Source: Chiloscyllium plagiosum (Eukaryota). Taken from it: a DNA stretch of 42,088 nucleotides. Numbering within the stretch: the first letter of the stretch is position 1; each line of letters starts with the position of its first letter. Shown here one piece after another: positions 1-12,822 of this stretch. The stretch spans positions 1 through 42,088 of the forward strand of contig NW_025214530.1 in assembly GCF_004010195.1 (NCBI RefSeq), in the 5' to 3' direction. A program made the translations under genes and the position numbers. The notes under the pieces were generated by a model that saw only the letters and a program-made list of their open reading frames with translations, did no database searches and was not told the origin of the DNA.

Positions 1-3000
1 ACAGTGCAGCACTCCCTCAGTACTGACCACCTGACAGTGCAGCATTCCCTCAGTACTGACCCTCTGACAGTATGACACTACCTCAGTACTTATCCGCTCA
101 CAGTGCAGCACTACCTCCTTACTGACCTTCTGACAGTGTTGCACTCCCTCAGCACTGACCCTCTGACAGTGCAGCAGTCCCTCAGAACTGACAATCAGGG
201 AGTGCAGCACTACCTCACTACTGACCCTCTGACATTGCGGCAATCCCTTCCTCCTGACGCTCTGACACAACAGCATTCCTTCAGTACAGTCCCTCTGACT
301 CTGCTGCACTCTCTTTCAGTACTGACATTTCTACAGTGCAGCATTTCCTCAGCACTGAAACTCATACAATGTGGCACTCCCTCAGTACTGACCCGCCGAC
401 AATGTGGCAGTCCACAATACAGATGATCCAGTAGGCAGCACTCCCTTGGTAATGTCCGTCCGATAGCGCAGCATTCCCTCAGTACTGACACACTGACAGT
501 GCGCCAGTGCCTCATTCCTGCACTTCTGATAGTCCAGCAATGACTCAGTACTGACCCTTTGGCGGTGTAGCACTTCCTGAGTATTGACCCTTTGCCACTG
601 CAGCACTCCCTCAGTATTGACCCTCTGAAACAACACTCCCTCAGAACTGACACACTGACCATGTAGCGCACCCTCAGTACTGACCCTTTGACAGTACATC
701 ACTCTCTCAGTACTGACCCTCTGGCAATGCAGCAGTCCCTCAGTACTAACTGTCCGACATATAGCGTGGCGCTACCTCAGTACTGAGCCCCTCACAGCGC
801 GGTGCTCCCTCAGTACTGACCCCCTCACAGCGTGGCGCTCCCTCAGTACTGACCCCCTCACAGCGCGGTGCTCCCTCAGTTCTCACCCTTTCACAGTGCA
901 GCGCTGCCTCAGCAGTAACCCTCTCACAGTGCGGCACTCTGACAGAATGCTGATCCCTTAGTACTGACGCTCAGAGAATGAGCACATCCTAACTATTGAC
1001 CCTCTCACTGCACTGCACTCCCTCAGTACTGACCCTCCGACAGTGCAGCTCTCGCTCAGTACTGACCTCTTACAGTGCAGTACTCCCTCAGTACTGACCC
1101 TCTGATACTGCAGCACTCCCGCAGTACTGACCCTCCGACAGTGCGGCACTCCCTCGGTACTGTCCCTCTGACAGTGCAGAGCTCCCTCAGTACTGACCCT
1201 CTGACAGTGCTGCTCTCTCTTGGCACTGGCCCTCTGATATTGCAACTCTCCCTCAGTACTGTTCCTATGACACTGCAGCACTCCCTCGGTACTGACACTC
1301 TGATAGTGCAGCTCTCCCTCAGCACTGTCCTTTGATACTGCTGCACTCTCTTTCAGTACTGACATTTCTACAGTGCAGCACTCCTTCAGTACTGACCCTC
1401 TGACAGTGTGACACTCCCTCAACGACTGACCCTCCGACAATGTGGCAATCCCACAATACAGATGATCTAACAGGCAGCACTCCCTTGGTAATGTCCCTCC
1501 GATAGCGCAGCATTCCCTCAGTACTGACACACTGACAGTGCGCCAGAGCCTCATTCCTGCACTTCTGATAGTCCAGCAATGCATCAGTACTGACCCTTTG
1601 GCAGTGTAGCACTTCCTCAGTATTGACCCTCTGAAAAAACGCACCCTCAGAACGGACACACTGACCGTGTAGCACACCCTTAGTACTGACCCTTTTACAG
1701 TACTGCTCTCCATTGGTACTGGCACTCTGACAGTGCAGCACTCCCTCAGTACTGACCCTCTGACAGTGCAGCACTCCCTCAGTACTGAGCCCCTCTAACA
1801 GTGCAGTAAACCCTCCATACTGACCCTCTGACAGTGCAACACTCCCATAGTACTGACCCTCTGACAGTGTGACACTCCCTCAGTACTGACCCTCTGACAG
1901 TGCAACACTCTCTCAGTACTGACCCTCTGACAGTGCAACACTCCCTCAGATCTGACACTCTGACAGTGCGACACTCCCTCAGTACTGACCCTCCGACAGT
2001 GCGGCACTCCCTCGGTACTGACCCTCTGACAGTGCAGAGCTCCCTCATTACTGACCCTCTGACAGTGCTGCTCTCTCTTGGTACTGGCCCTCTGACATTG
2101 CAACTCTTCCTCAGTACTGTTCCTATGACACTGCAGCACTCCCTCGGTACTGACACTCTGATAGTGCAGCACTCCCTCAGTACTGACCCTCTGATTGTGC
2201 AGCACTCCCTCGCTACTGGCCCTCTAACAGCGCAGTACTCCCTCGGTACTAACCCTCTGACAGTGTCACACTCTCTCAGTACTGACCCTCTGACAGTGCG
2301 ACACTCCCTCGGTACTGACCCTCTGACAGTGCAGCACTCCCTCAGTACTGACCCTCTGACAGTGCGACACTCCCTCTGTACTGATCCTCTGACAGTGTGA
2401 CACTCCATCAGTACTGACTCTTTACAGTGCAGCACTCCCTCAGCACTGACCCTCTGACAGTACAACACTCCATCAGTACTGACCCTCTGACAGTGCTGCT
2501 CTCCCTTGGTACTGGCCCTGTGACAGTGCAACTCTCCTGCAGTACTGTTCCTATGACACTGCAGCACTCCCTCTGTACTGCCACTCTGACAGTGCAGCAC
2601 TCCCTCAGTACTGACCCTCTGACAGTGCAGAACTCCCTTAGTACTGACCCTCTGACAGTGCAGCACTCTCTCGATACTGACCCTCTGACAGTGCAACACT
2701 CCCTCAGTACTGACCCTCCCACAGTGTGACACTTCCTCAGTACTGATCCTCAGACAGTGCAGCACTCCCTCAGTACTGACCCTCTGACAGTGCGACAGCC
2801 CTTGGCCCTGCGCCCCTGACGGCGCTGCGATCCCTCAGTACTGACCCTCTGACAGTGCAGCTCTCCCTCAGCACTGTCCTTTGATACTGCAGCACTCCCT
2901 CAGAAATGACGCTCTGACACAACAGCATTCCTTCAGTACAGTCCCTCTGACTCTGCAGCACTCTCTTTGTACTGTCATTTCTACAGTGCAGCATTCCCTC

Positions 3001-6000
3001 AGCACTGACACTCATACAATGTGGCACTCCCTCAAGTACTGACCCTCCGAAACTGTGGCAGTCCCACAATACAGATGATCTAACAGGCAGCACTCCCTTG
3101 GTAATGTCCGTCCGATAGCGCAGCATTCCCTCAGTACTGACACACTGACAGTGCGCCAGTGCCTCATTCCTGCACTTCTGATAGTCCAGCAATGACTCAG
3201 TACTGACCCTTTGGCGGTGTAGCACTTCCTGAGTATTGACCCTTTGCCACTGCAGCACTCCCTCAGTATTGACCCTCTGAAACAACACTCCCTCAGAACT
3301 GACACACTGACCGTGTAGCGCACCCTCAGTACTGACCCTTTGACAGTACATCACTCTCTCTGTACTGACCCTCTGGCAATGCAGCAGTCCCTCAGTACTA
3401 ACTGTCCGACATATAGCGTGGCTCTACCTCAGTACTGAGCCCCTCACAGCGCGGTGCTCCCTCAGTACTGACCCCCTCACAGCGTGCCGCTCCCTCAGTA
3501 CTGACCCCCTCACTGCGCGATGCTCCCTCAGTTCTAACCCTTTCACAGTGCAGCGCTCCCTCAGCAGTAACCCTCTCACAGTGCAGCACTCTGACATCAT
3601 GGCGATCCATTAGTACTGACCCTCAGAGAATGAGCACGTCATCATTACTGACCCTGTCACTGCACAGAACTCCCTCAGTACTGACCCTCTGACAATGCTG
3701 AATTCCCTCCATACTGACCCTCTGACAATGCAGGACTCCCTCCATACTCATCCTCTGATACTGATGCACTCCCTCCATACTAATTCTCTGACAATGCTGC
3801 ACTCCCTCCAAACTGATCCACTGACAATGCTGCAGTACCTCCATACTGATCCTCTGATAGTGTTGCAAACCCTTAGTATTGACCCTCTGACAGTGTGGAA
3901 TTGACCCTTTACTAACCCTCCGACAGTGTGGCAATCCCTCAGTACTGACCTTCCAACAGTGCAGCGCACCCGCAGTACTGATACTCAGAACTGACTGTGT
4001 GGCCCAATCTCAGGAAAAACCTCTGACAGTACAGCACTCCCTCAGCACTGTCTCATTGACAGTGTAGCACTCCCTCAATACTGACCCATTGACAGTGTAG
4101 CACTCCCTTAGTACTGATTCTCTGCCTCGGTCCTGCACCATTGACAGTCCAGAAGTGCTTCAGTACTGACCCTCTGACAGTACAGCCTTTCTCTGTACTG
4201 ACCATCTAACAGTGTAGCAATCTCTCTGTACTGACCTTCTGACAGTGCAGCAGTCCCTCAGTACTGATCCTCTGGCAATGAGGCACCCCCTCAGTACTGA
4301 CCCTCAAATGGTGCAGTGCTTTCTCAGTGCAGGTCCACTGATAGTGTGGCTTGCCCTCTGGACTGAACATCTGACAGTGTGGTGCTCCCTCAGCACTGAA
4401 TCTCTGACAGTACAGCACTTCCTCAGTACTGACCCTCTGACTGTGCAGCACTCTCTCGGTACTGAAACTCTGACAGTACAGCACTCCCTCGGTACTGAAT
4501 CTCTGACAGTGCAGCACTCCCTCAGTACTGACCCTCTGACCGAGCAGCACTCCCTCAGTACTGACCCTCTGACAGTGCAACACTCCTTCAGTAACTGACC
4601 CTGTGACGGAGCAGCACTCCCTCAGCACGCTCTACGTACGGACTCTCTGACAGTGCAGCAATCCCTCAGTACTAACCCTCTGACAGACTAGCACTCCCTC
4701 AGTCCTGACCCGCTGAAAGTGCAACCCTCCCGCAGTCCTGATCCGCTGACAGTGCAGCACTCCCTCAGTACTGACCCTTTGACAGTGCAGCATTCTCTCC
4801 GTACTGACCCTCTGAGAGTGCAGCACTCCCTCAGTACTGACCCTCTGACAGTGCAGCACTCCCTCAGGACTGACCCGCTGACAGTGTAGCACTCCCTCAG
4901 TACTGACCCTCTGACAGTGCAGCACTCTCTCGGGACTGACTCTCTGACAGTGCAGCACTCCCTGAGTACTGACCTTTGACAGTGCAGCATTCTCTCCGTA
5001 CTGACCCTCTGAGAGTGCAGCACTCCCTCAGTACTGACCCTCTGACAGTGCAGCACTCCCTCAGGACTGACCCGCTGACAGTGTAGCACTCCCTCAGTAC
5101 TGACCCTCTGACAGTGCAGCACTCTCTCGGGACTGACTCTCTGACAGTGCAGCACTCCCTCAGTACTGACCCGCTGACAGTGCAGCACTCCCTCAGTACT
5201 GACCCTCTGACATTGCAGTACTCCCTCAGTACTGACCCTCTGACTGTGCAGCACTCTCTCGGTACTCACTCTCTGACAGTGCCGCATTCCCTCAGTACTG
5301 ACCCTCTGACAGTGCCGCACTCCCTCAGTACTGACCCTCTGACAGTGCAGCATTCCCTCAGTACTGACCCTGTGACTGTGCAGCACTCTCTCGGTACTCA
5401 CTCTCTGACAGTGCCGCACTCCCTCAGTACTGACCCTCTGGCAGTGCAGCACTCCCTCAGTACTGACCCTCTGACCGAGCAGCACTCCCTCAGTACTGAC
5501 CCTCTGACAGTGCAACACTCCTTCAGTAACTGACCCTGTGACGGAGCAGCACTCCCTCAGTACTGACCCTCTCTGAATGAGGCACTCCCTCAGTACTGAC
5601 ACTTTGATGGTGAAGTGCTCTTTCAGTGCAGATCCACTGATAGTGTGGCTTGCCCTCTGGACTGAACCTCTGACAGTGTGGTGCTCTCTCAGTACTGACT
5701 CTCTGACAGTGCAGCACGCTCTCCGTACGGACTCTCTGACAATGCAGCAATCCCTCAGTACTAACCCTCTGACAGACTAGCACTCCCTCAGTCCTGACCC
5801 GCTGACAGTGCAACCCTTCCGCAGTACTGACCCGCTGACAGTGCAGCACTCCCTCAGTACTGACCCTCTGACAGTGCAGCACTCCCTCAGTACTGACCCG
5901 CTGACAGTGCAGCACTCCCTCAGTATTGACCCTTTGACAGTGCAGCACTCTCTCCGTACTGACCCTCTGAGAGTGCAGCACTCCCTCAGTACTGACCCTC

Positions 6001-7185
6001 TGACAGTGCAGCACTCCCTCAGGACTGACCCGCTGACAGTGTAGCACTCCCTCAGTACTGACCCTCTGACAGTGTAGCACTCCCTCAGTACTGACTCTCT
6101 GACAGTGCAGCACTCTCTCGGGACTGACTCTCTGACAGTGCAGCACTCCCTCAGTACTGACCCGCTGACAGTGCAGCACTCCCTCAGTACTGACCCTCTG
6201 ACAGTGCAGTACACCCTCAGTACTGACCCTCTGACTGTGCAGCACTCTCTCGGTACTCACTCTCTGACAGTGCCGCACTCCCTCTCTACTGACCCTCTGA
6301 CAGTGCCGCACTCCCTCAGTACTGACCCTCTGTCAGTGCAGCACTCCCTCAGTACTGACCCTCTGACTGTGCAGCACTCTCTCGGTACTCACTCTCTGAC
6401 AGTGCCGCACTCCCTCCCTACTGACCCTCTGACTGTGCAACACTCTCTCGTTACTGACTCTCTGATAGTGCAGCATTTTCTCGTTACTGACCCTCTGACA
6501 GTGCAGCACTCCCTCAGTACTGACTCTCTGACAGTGCAGCACTCTCTCGGGACTGACTCTCTGACAGTGCAGTATTCCATCAGTACTGACCCTCTGACAG
6601 TGCAGCACTCTCTCTGTACTGACCATCTGAAATAGCAATCATTCAGAACTGACCATCTCACTGTGCAGCGCTCCCTCAGTTCTGACCTTTTGATAGTGCG
6701 CACTCCTTCAAGTGCTGACACTCTGATGGTGTATTGCTTACTCAGTACTGACCCTCTGATGGTGCAGTGCTCTCTGAGTACAGAGCCTCTGCCAGTGTGG
6801 CATTCCCTCTGTACTGAACCTTTGGGAATGTGTTGCTCCCTCAGTACTGACCCTTTGACAGTGTAGTACTTCTCAGAGATGGCCCTCTGGTATTGCAGCA
6901 GTCCCTCACTTCTGACTGTCCGACAGTGCGGTGACCCCTCAGTACTGACCCTCTGGCAATGTAGCAGTCCCTTCGTACTGACCGTCTGACAGCGCAGTGA
7001 TCCCTCAGTACTGACCCTCTGACAGTGCAGCACTCCCTCAGTACTGACCGTCTGACAGTACAAAGAACCCTCAGTACTGACCCTCTGACAGTGCAGCACT
7101 CCCTCAGTACTGACTCTCTGACAATGCAGCACTCCTTCAGTGGTGACCCTCTGACAGTGCAGCACTCCCTCGGTACTGACCCTCT
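1..7185. repeat. 33-bp tandem satellite, consensus ACAGTGCAGCACTCCCTCAGTACTGACCCTCTG (~215 units; runs off the 5' edge)
   Basis: Unit is directly visible throughout. It is most homogeneous at ~4700-6600 and more diverged at ~200-1000, 3600-4400 and 6600-7000. The unit length of 33 (a multiple of 3) gives the 11-aa-repeat ORFs (VLHCQRVSTEG / LTVQHSLSTDP / VLRECCTVRGS). Confidence 0.97.
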
Positions 7186-7304
7186 TTTATCTATTTCTTA
7201 GAGTCTTGTGTGAATTTGGAGACATGGGGTTTGCAGATTCTGAGGAAGCATGAGAGAGACACACAAACCAAGCCCTGTTTGAAACTCTCTGCAATAGACT
7301 ATTC

Positions 7305-7510
7305 AGAGCCACAGAGTCACAGAGATGCACAGCATGGAAACAGACCCTCCTGTGCAACTTATCCATACCAACCAGATATTCTCATCTCATTTCATTCCAT
7401 TTGCTAGCACTTGGCAGATATATCTCTAAACCCTTCCTATTCGCATACTCATCCTGATGCCTTTTAAATGTTGCAATTGTACCAGCCCCACCACTTCCTC
7501 TGGCAGCTAC
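7305..7510 (-). mobile_element. CR1/HER1-like LINE 3' end fragment
   Basis: Reverse complement of the 3' end of the CR1 at 12620-12822 (agagatgcacagcatggaaacagaccc ... ccacttcctctggcagct). Confidence 0.75.
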
Positions 7511-7639
7511 CTGCATGCCATTGAATAAGTGCTCAAACATTCATACTGTCGATACAAACTCTAATAAACACCAACCTACGAAAGGCTATCATTGTCATTT
7601 TCAACCCACCCTGTGCTTCTTCATTATGCTGATCTCAAC

Positions 7640-8990
7640 ACAGGTGGAGAAGGGCATTGAAGAAATAGAATGTGGGGAAATAAATAGTGTCATCTTGAAA
7701 AATGTCCATATTAGAGAGGAGAAGGTGCTGGATGTCTTAAAACACATAAATGTGGGTAAATCCCCAAGACCTGATCAGGTGTACGCTTGAACTGTGTGGG
7801 AAACTAGAAGTGATTGCTGGACTCATTGCTGAGATATTTTTATCATCAATAGTAACGATGAGGTGCTGGAAGGCAGCAGGTTGGCTAACATGGTGCCACT
7901 ATTGAGGAAAGGTGGTATGGAAAGCCAGGGAGCTATAGCCCAGTGAGCCTGATATCACTGGGGGAGGGAGGGGTGCGTTGTAGCTGAAGGGAATCCGGGG
8001 GGACAGGATTTACATGTATTTGGAAAGGTAAGGACTGATTAGGGATAGTCAAAATGGCTTTGTGCATGGGGAATCATGTCTCTCAAACTTGATTGAGTTT
8101 TTTGAATAAGGAGCAAAGAGATTTGATGAAGGCAGAGCAGTAGGCTTGATTTATATGAACCTCAGTAAGGCGTTCGACAAGGTTCCCCATGGGAGACTGG
8201 CTAGCAAGGTTAGATATCATAGAATACAGGGATAACTAGCCACTTGGATACAGAACTGGCTTGTAGGTAGAAGACAGGATGGTGGTGGATGTTTGATTTT
8301 CAGACTGGAGGCCTGTGACCTGTGATGTGCCACAAGGATCAGTGCTGGATCCACTGCTTTTCATCATGTACATTTAAGATTTGGATGTGAACATAGAAGG
8401 TATATGGTGTAAGTTTGCAGATGAACCAACATTGTCGGTGTAATGGGCAGTGAAGAAGGTTACCTCAAAGTATAACGGGATCTTGATCAGATGGGCCAAT
8501 GGGCCAAAGGTTGGTAGATTAGTTTCATTTAGATAAATGCAAGGTGCTGCATTTTGGAAAGGCAAATCAGGGCTGGGCTTACACACTTCATGGTAATGTC
8601 CTGGGGAGTGTTGTTGATCAAAGAAACCTTGGAGTTCACAGTTCCGTGGAAGTGCAGTCCCAAGAAAACAGCAGAGTGAAGAAGGCATTGAGTATGCTTC
8701 CCTTAGTTGGTCAGAGCATTGAGTATAGGACTTGGGAGGTCATGTTGCGGCTATACAGGGCAATGGTTAGGCCACTGTTAGAATATTGCATGCAATTTCC
8801 TCGTAAAGGAAGGGTGCTGTGAAACTTGAAAGGGTTCAGAAAATATATACAAGGATGTTGCCAGGGTTGGAGGGTTTGAGAGACAAGGAAAGGCTGAAGA
8901 AGCTGCAACTGTTTTCCCTGGAGCATCGGTGGCTGAGGGGTGACCTTGTAGAGGTTTGTAAAATCATTGAGGCATGGATAGGTAAATAAA
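7640..8990 (+). mobile_element. Decayed CR1-clade LINE ORF2 (reverse transcriptase region)
   Basis: Frame-broken CR1 ORF2 motifs: KSPRPDQVY, HGESCLSNLIEFF, VPQGSVLDPLLF, KFADE, HFGKAN, LRLYRAMVRPLLEYC. Confidence 0.9.
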
Positions 8991-9536
8991 GTTTTCTTTG
9001 TTTAAAAGCAAATGTGACATTGATGTTCCAGATGTGATGCAACTGGTTAAACCACTCTGCATTAAGCCACACAGAATTCACTTAAGCACTACGGTTGAAA
9101 CACAAACAAAATAAAGTGGCATTAAGAATAACTAAACGATTGGAAAACATAACCTACTACTTGATACAGTAACTTACTAATTTCCTGTTCCAATGCTGTA
9201 ACATCTCATAAACACACCCCTTGGCAAAAAGGTAAATTCAAACTCGTATTCTTACAGGCAGGAGGGAACAACATCCAGAGAAATGTCCAAGTGCTCAGTT
9301 ACGAACCATTTACTGAAACTTGCAACCTTCTGATACTCAAAACGTCTTGGAATCGCTGCAGCTAACCCAAAACAAGAAGAACCTGAACTGGAGAACGGTA
9401 CACTCCTTTTCCATTGTTAAACTGTTTTTAAGAAAAAACTACAGGCACTCTAGACTCTTTGGCACCTCTGCCTTTACAATACCTTTCAAAAAATCACAGG
9501 CCAAAGTAACCTTTTTAAAGTGACAGCATCCTCACA
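8990..9536 (-). mobile_element. Probable 3' LTR (truncated at its distal end) of the Gmr1-like gypsy element
   Basis: Colinear similarity to the solo LTR at 13446-14065 (ctggttaa-cca, gaaacacaaa, caccccttggca, ctg-gagaac-g, aaagt-acagc...aca). On the minus strand it starts TGTGAGG at 9536, right after a purine-rich tract (9537-9558). Confidence 0.65.
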
Positions 9537-9567
9537 CCACCACATCCCCCACTCCCCCGCCCCCCTG

Positions 9568-9912
9568 ACACACACACACACACGCGCGCGCGCACACACG
9601 GAGTCTTTCTCTCTCTCACACACACAGTCTCTCTCTCACTCACACACACACAAACACACACACACAGTATTTCACTCTCACGCACACACTCACTCANNNN
9701 NNNNNNNNNNNNNNNNNNNNNNNNNNNNNNNNNNNNNNNNNNNNNNNNNNNNNNNNNNNNNNNNNNNNNNNNAGGTATGGTCTTTCTCTCTCTCTCTCTT
9801 ACACGCGCGCGCACATACAACACACACACACACAGACACACACACAGAGGTATGGTCTTTCTCTCTCTCTCACACACACACCCACGCACACGCACACACA
9901 CTCACACACGCA
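9568..9912. repeat. Compound (CA)n/(CT)n/(CG)n microsatellite spanning an N-gap (9697-9772)
   Basis: Dinucleotide runs are directly visible. Confidence 0.95.
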
Positions 9913-9919
9913 CAATCTT

Positions 9920-10720
9920 TTATTTATTTTATGGGGTGTGGGTGTCGCTGGCTTGCCAGCATTTTATGCTTGTCCTTAGTTGCCGTTGAGAAGGTGGGGG
10001 TGAGCTGACTTCTTGAACTGCTGTGGGTTAACCCCCAATGTAATTAGGGAGGGAATTCCAGGACTTTGACCCAGTGACAGTGTTATATTTTCAAGTCAGG
10101 ATGATGCAAGACTTGGAGGGGAACTGAAAATAGTGGAGTTCCCACACATCTGCTGCCCTTGTTCTTCTAGATAGAAGTGGTTGTGGGTTTGGAAGGAAAT
10201 GTTTGAGGATCCTCGGTGAATTTCTGCAGTGAATCTTGTAGATAGTAGCAGCAGCAGTGTGTACTGAGCATGTGTGGTGGAGGGAGTGGACACTTGTGGA
10301 TGTGGTGCCAATCAAGTGGGCTGCTTTTCTTGGATGGTGCCAAACGTCTTGAGTCTTGATGGGGCTGCACCCATCCAGGCAATTGGGAGAATTCCATCAC
10401 ACTTCCAACTTGTACATTGTAGATAGTGGACAGGCTGCAGTATTCCTTGCTGCAGTATTCCTAGCTTCTGTCCTGCTGTTGTAGCTACTGTGTTTCTGGC
10501 AAGTGCAGTTGAGTTTCTGGTCAATGATAACCCCGCAGGATGTTGAGCAGCTTATTGCTGAGCAAGGGCAGCTTTATATCACTGTTCATGACACTTTCCA
10601 TCACTTTACTGATGATTGAGAAATAGACTGATGGGGCGTTAATTGGCTGGAATTTGTCATTTTTTTATGTACAGGACATCCTGGGCAATTTTCCACATTG
10701 TTGGTTTGGTACCAGTATTG
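9920..10720 (-). mobile_element. Decayed non-LTR retrotransposon 3' fragment (CR1/L2 superfamily, different family from the HER1-like copies)
   Basis: Minus-strand peptide remnants such as PIAWMGAAPSRLKTFGTIQEK and SVHSLHH...AATIYKIHC resemble the post-RT C-terminus of jockey/CR1/L2-group ORF2. Confidence 0.6.
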
Positions 10721-11548
10721 TAATTGTACTGCAATATTAATAAGAGACAAAGATGATTTCATTTTAAAAACCTTAGTCTTAATCTATTATTACGTGACAA
10801 TATACACACGTTGCATCAACTGTAACCATGCAAGTATTCACTACAGCATTCTGTTACTGTCCATTTACTCCTGCCACCAAATCCTCCATCTTACATTATC
10901 CAAGCTGTGACAAGACATCAGCATATACATTTTCTCATCCTGCCACGTGTATCATTTTCAAATTGAATGGCTGCAGTGATAAGCTCCATGTAAACCATCT
11001 GGAAGTGCAGCCCTTTTTTTTCTCCAAAAGCTTTAATGGGTTATGATCAGTACAGACAATTGACCAAGACCCATTACTGACAATAAAAATGTTGAAATGT
11101 TGGAACACCAAGCTCAAGGTCTCCTTCTCAATCATGGAATATTTCTGATGAATATTCAATTTCCTGAAGAAATACCCAATGGGACTTTCTATCTTCTCAT
11201 TGTCATCTTGTAAGAATACAGCACCAACACTCATATCACTCACACCAGTAGCCATCTTGAGTAGCTTTGTGCAATTCAGCGTAGCTAACACTGGGTCAAT
11301 GGTTAACACAGCTTTCAGGTTGGCACATGCCTTCTGACATTCTACTGTCCACTGAAATTTCCTGCACTTCTTCAATTAGTCAATCAGTGGAGCAACCACG
11401 CTATTACAATTTGGTACAAACTTCTGGTAAACCTTTTCACTCCCAGAAGTCATAGTCCTGCTGTCGTTGTCAATGGCATGGTCGGGGCCATCTGCCCATG
11501 CCTGACAACATGACCGAGGGACATGACTCGGACTTTGGCGAATTCACA

Positions 11549-11685
11549 AATAAGCCCTTCCTGAAGAAAGGCATATGCCCGAAATGTCGATTCTCCTGTT
11601 CCTTGGATGCTGCCTGACCTGCTGCGCTTTTCCAGCAACACATTTTCAGCTCTGATCTCCAGTATCTGCAGCCCCCATTTTCTCT
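11549..11685 (+). mobile_element. 137-bp short Penelope-derived/SINE-like insertion with a hammerhead-like core
   Basis: Flanked by a perfect 10-bp target-site duplication CGAATTCACA (11539-11548 and 11686-11695) that splits the gypsy LAKCEF|AK motif. Contains CTGAAGA-AAGGCATATGCCC-GAAA-TGTC. Confidence 0.75.
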
Positions 11686-11895
11686 CGAATTCACACTTAG
11701 CCAGGTTTATCACTAGCCTGCCTCCCAAAGTCAATTGAATACTTCAAATAAATGCTGCAAATGTTCCTTCCGTGTCTGACTAAAAGATCACAAGTTTGTC
11801 GATGTACACCGTACAATTGGATAACCCAGAAATTACTTTATTAGTTAGCCTTTCAAATGTGGCTGGCGCATTTTCCAAATCAAATTGCATGACTT

Positions 11896-12822
11896 AAATG
11901 AATTGAATGCGAGCATAAGAGGCACAGTTATTAAGTTTGCAGATGACACCAAAATTTGAGGTGTCGTGGACAGCGAAGAGGGTTACCTCAGATTACAACA
12001 GGATCTGGACCAGATGGGCCAATGGGCTGAGTAGTGGCAGATGGAGTTTAATTCAGATAAATGTGAGGTGGTGCATTTTGGGAAAGCAAATCTTAGCAGG
12101 ACTTGTACACTAAATTATAAGGTCCGAGGGAGTGTTACTGAACAAAGAAACCTTGGAGTGAAGGATCATAGCTCCTTGAAAATGGAGTTGCAGGTAGGTA
12201 GGATAGTGACGTGGTGTTTGGTATGCTTTCCTTTATTGGTCAGAGTATTGAGTACAGAGTTGGGAGGTCATGTTGCATCTGTACAGAACAACGGTTAGGC
12301 CACTGTTGGAATATTGTGTGCAATTCTGGTCTCCTTCCTATTGAAAATGTTCAGAAAATATTTACAAGGATGTTGTCAGGGTTGGAGGATTTGAGCTATG
12401 AAGAGAGGCTGAATAGGCTGGGGCTGTTTTCCCTGGAGCGTCGGAGACTGAGGGGTGACCTTATTGAGGTTTATAAAATTATGAGGGGCATTGATAGGAT
12501 AAATAGACAAAGTATTTTCCCTGGGGTTAGGGAGTCCAGAACTAGAGGGCATAGGTATAGGGTGAGAGAGGAAAGATATTAAAGAGACCTAAGGGGCAAC
12601 GTTTTCACACAGAGGGTGGTACGTGTATGGAATGAGCTGCCAGAGGAAGTGGTGGAGGCTGGTACAATTGCAACATTTAAAAGGCGTCTGGATTGATATA
12701 TGAATAGGAAGGGTTCAGAGGGGTATGAGCCGGGCGCTGGCAGCTGGGACAAGTTTGGGTTGGGATATCTGGTCGGCATGGACGGAAGGGTCAGTTTCCA
12801 TGCTGTACATCTCTATGACTGT
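11896..12822 (+). mobile_element. 5'-truncated CR1/HER1-like LINE inserted into gypsy RT
   Basis: KFADDTK, MEFNSDKCEVVHFGK and LGLFSLERRRLRGDLIEVYKIMRG motifs; tail ctctatgactgtatgact; TSD ATGACTT at 11889-11895 and 12823-12829. Confidence 0.93.

Noticed and set aside
99..3583. CACAGTG/GACAGTG RSS-heptamer-like motifs in the satellite
   Set aside because: Mostly GACAGTG, which lacks the essential first C; I saw no nonamer at 12 or 23 bp from the few perfect heptamers.
103..7165. Long Cys/His-rich ORFs (up to 328 aa) on both strands
   Set aside because: By-product of a stop-poor 33-bp satellite: they overlap in several frames on both strands and have no exon structure.
1..7185. CRISPR-like array of palindromic ~33-bp repeats
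   Set aside because: No unique spacers, no cas genes, vertebrate context.
9515..10008. His/Thr- and Cys/Val-rich ORFs (also 17610-17925)
   Set aside because: Translations of CA/CT microsatellites.
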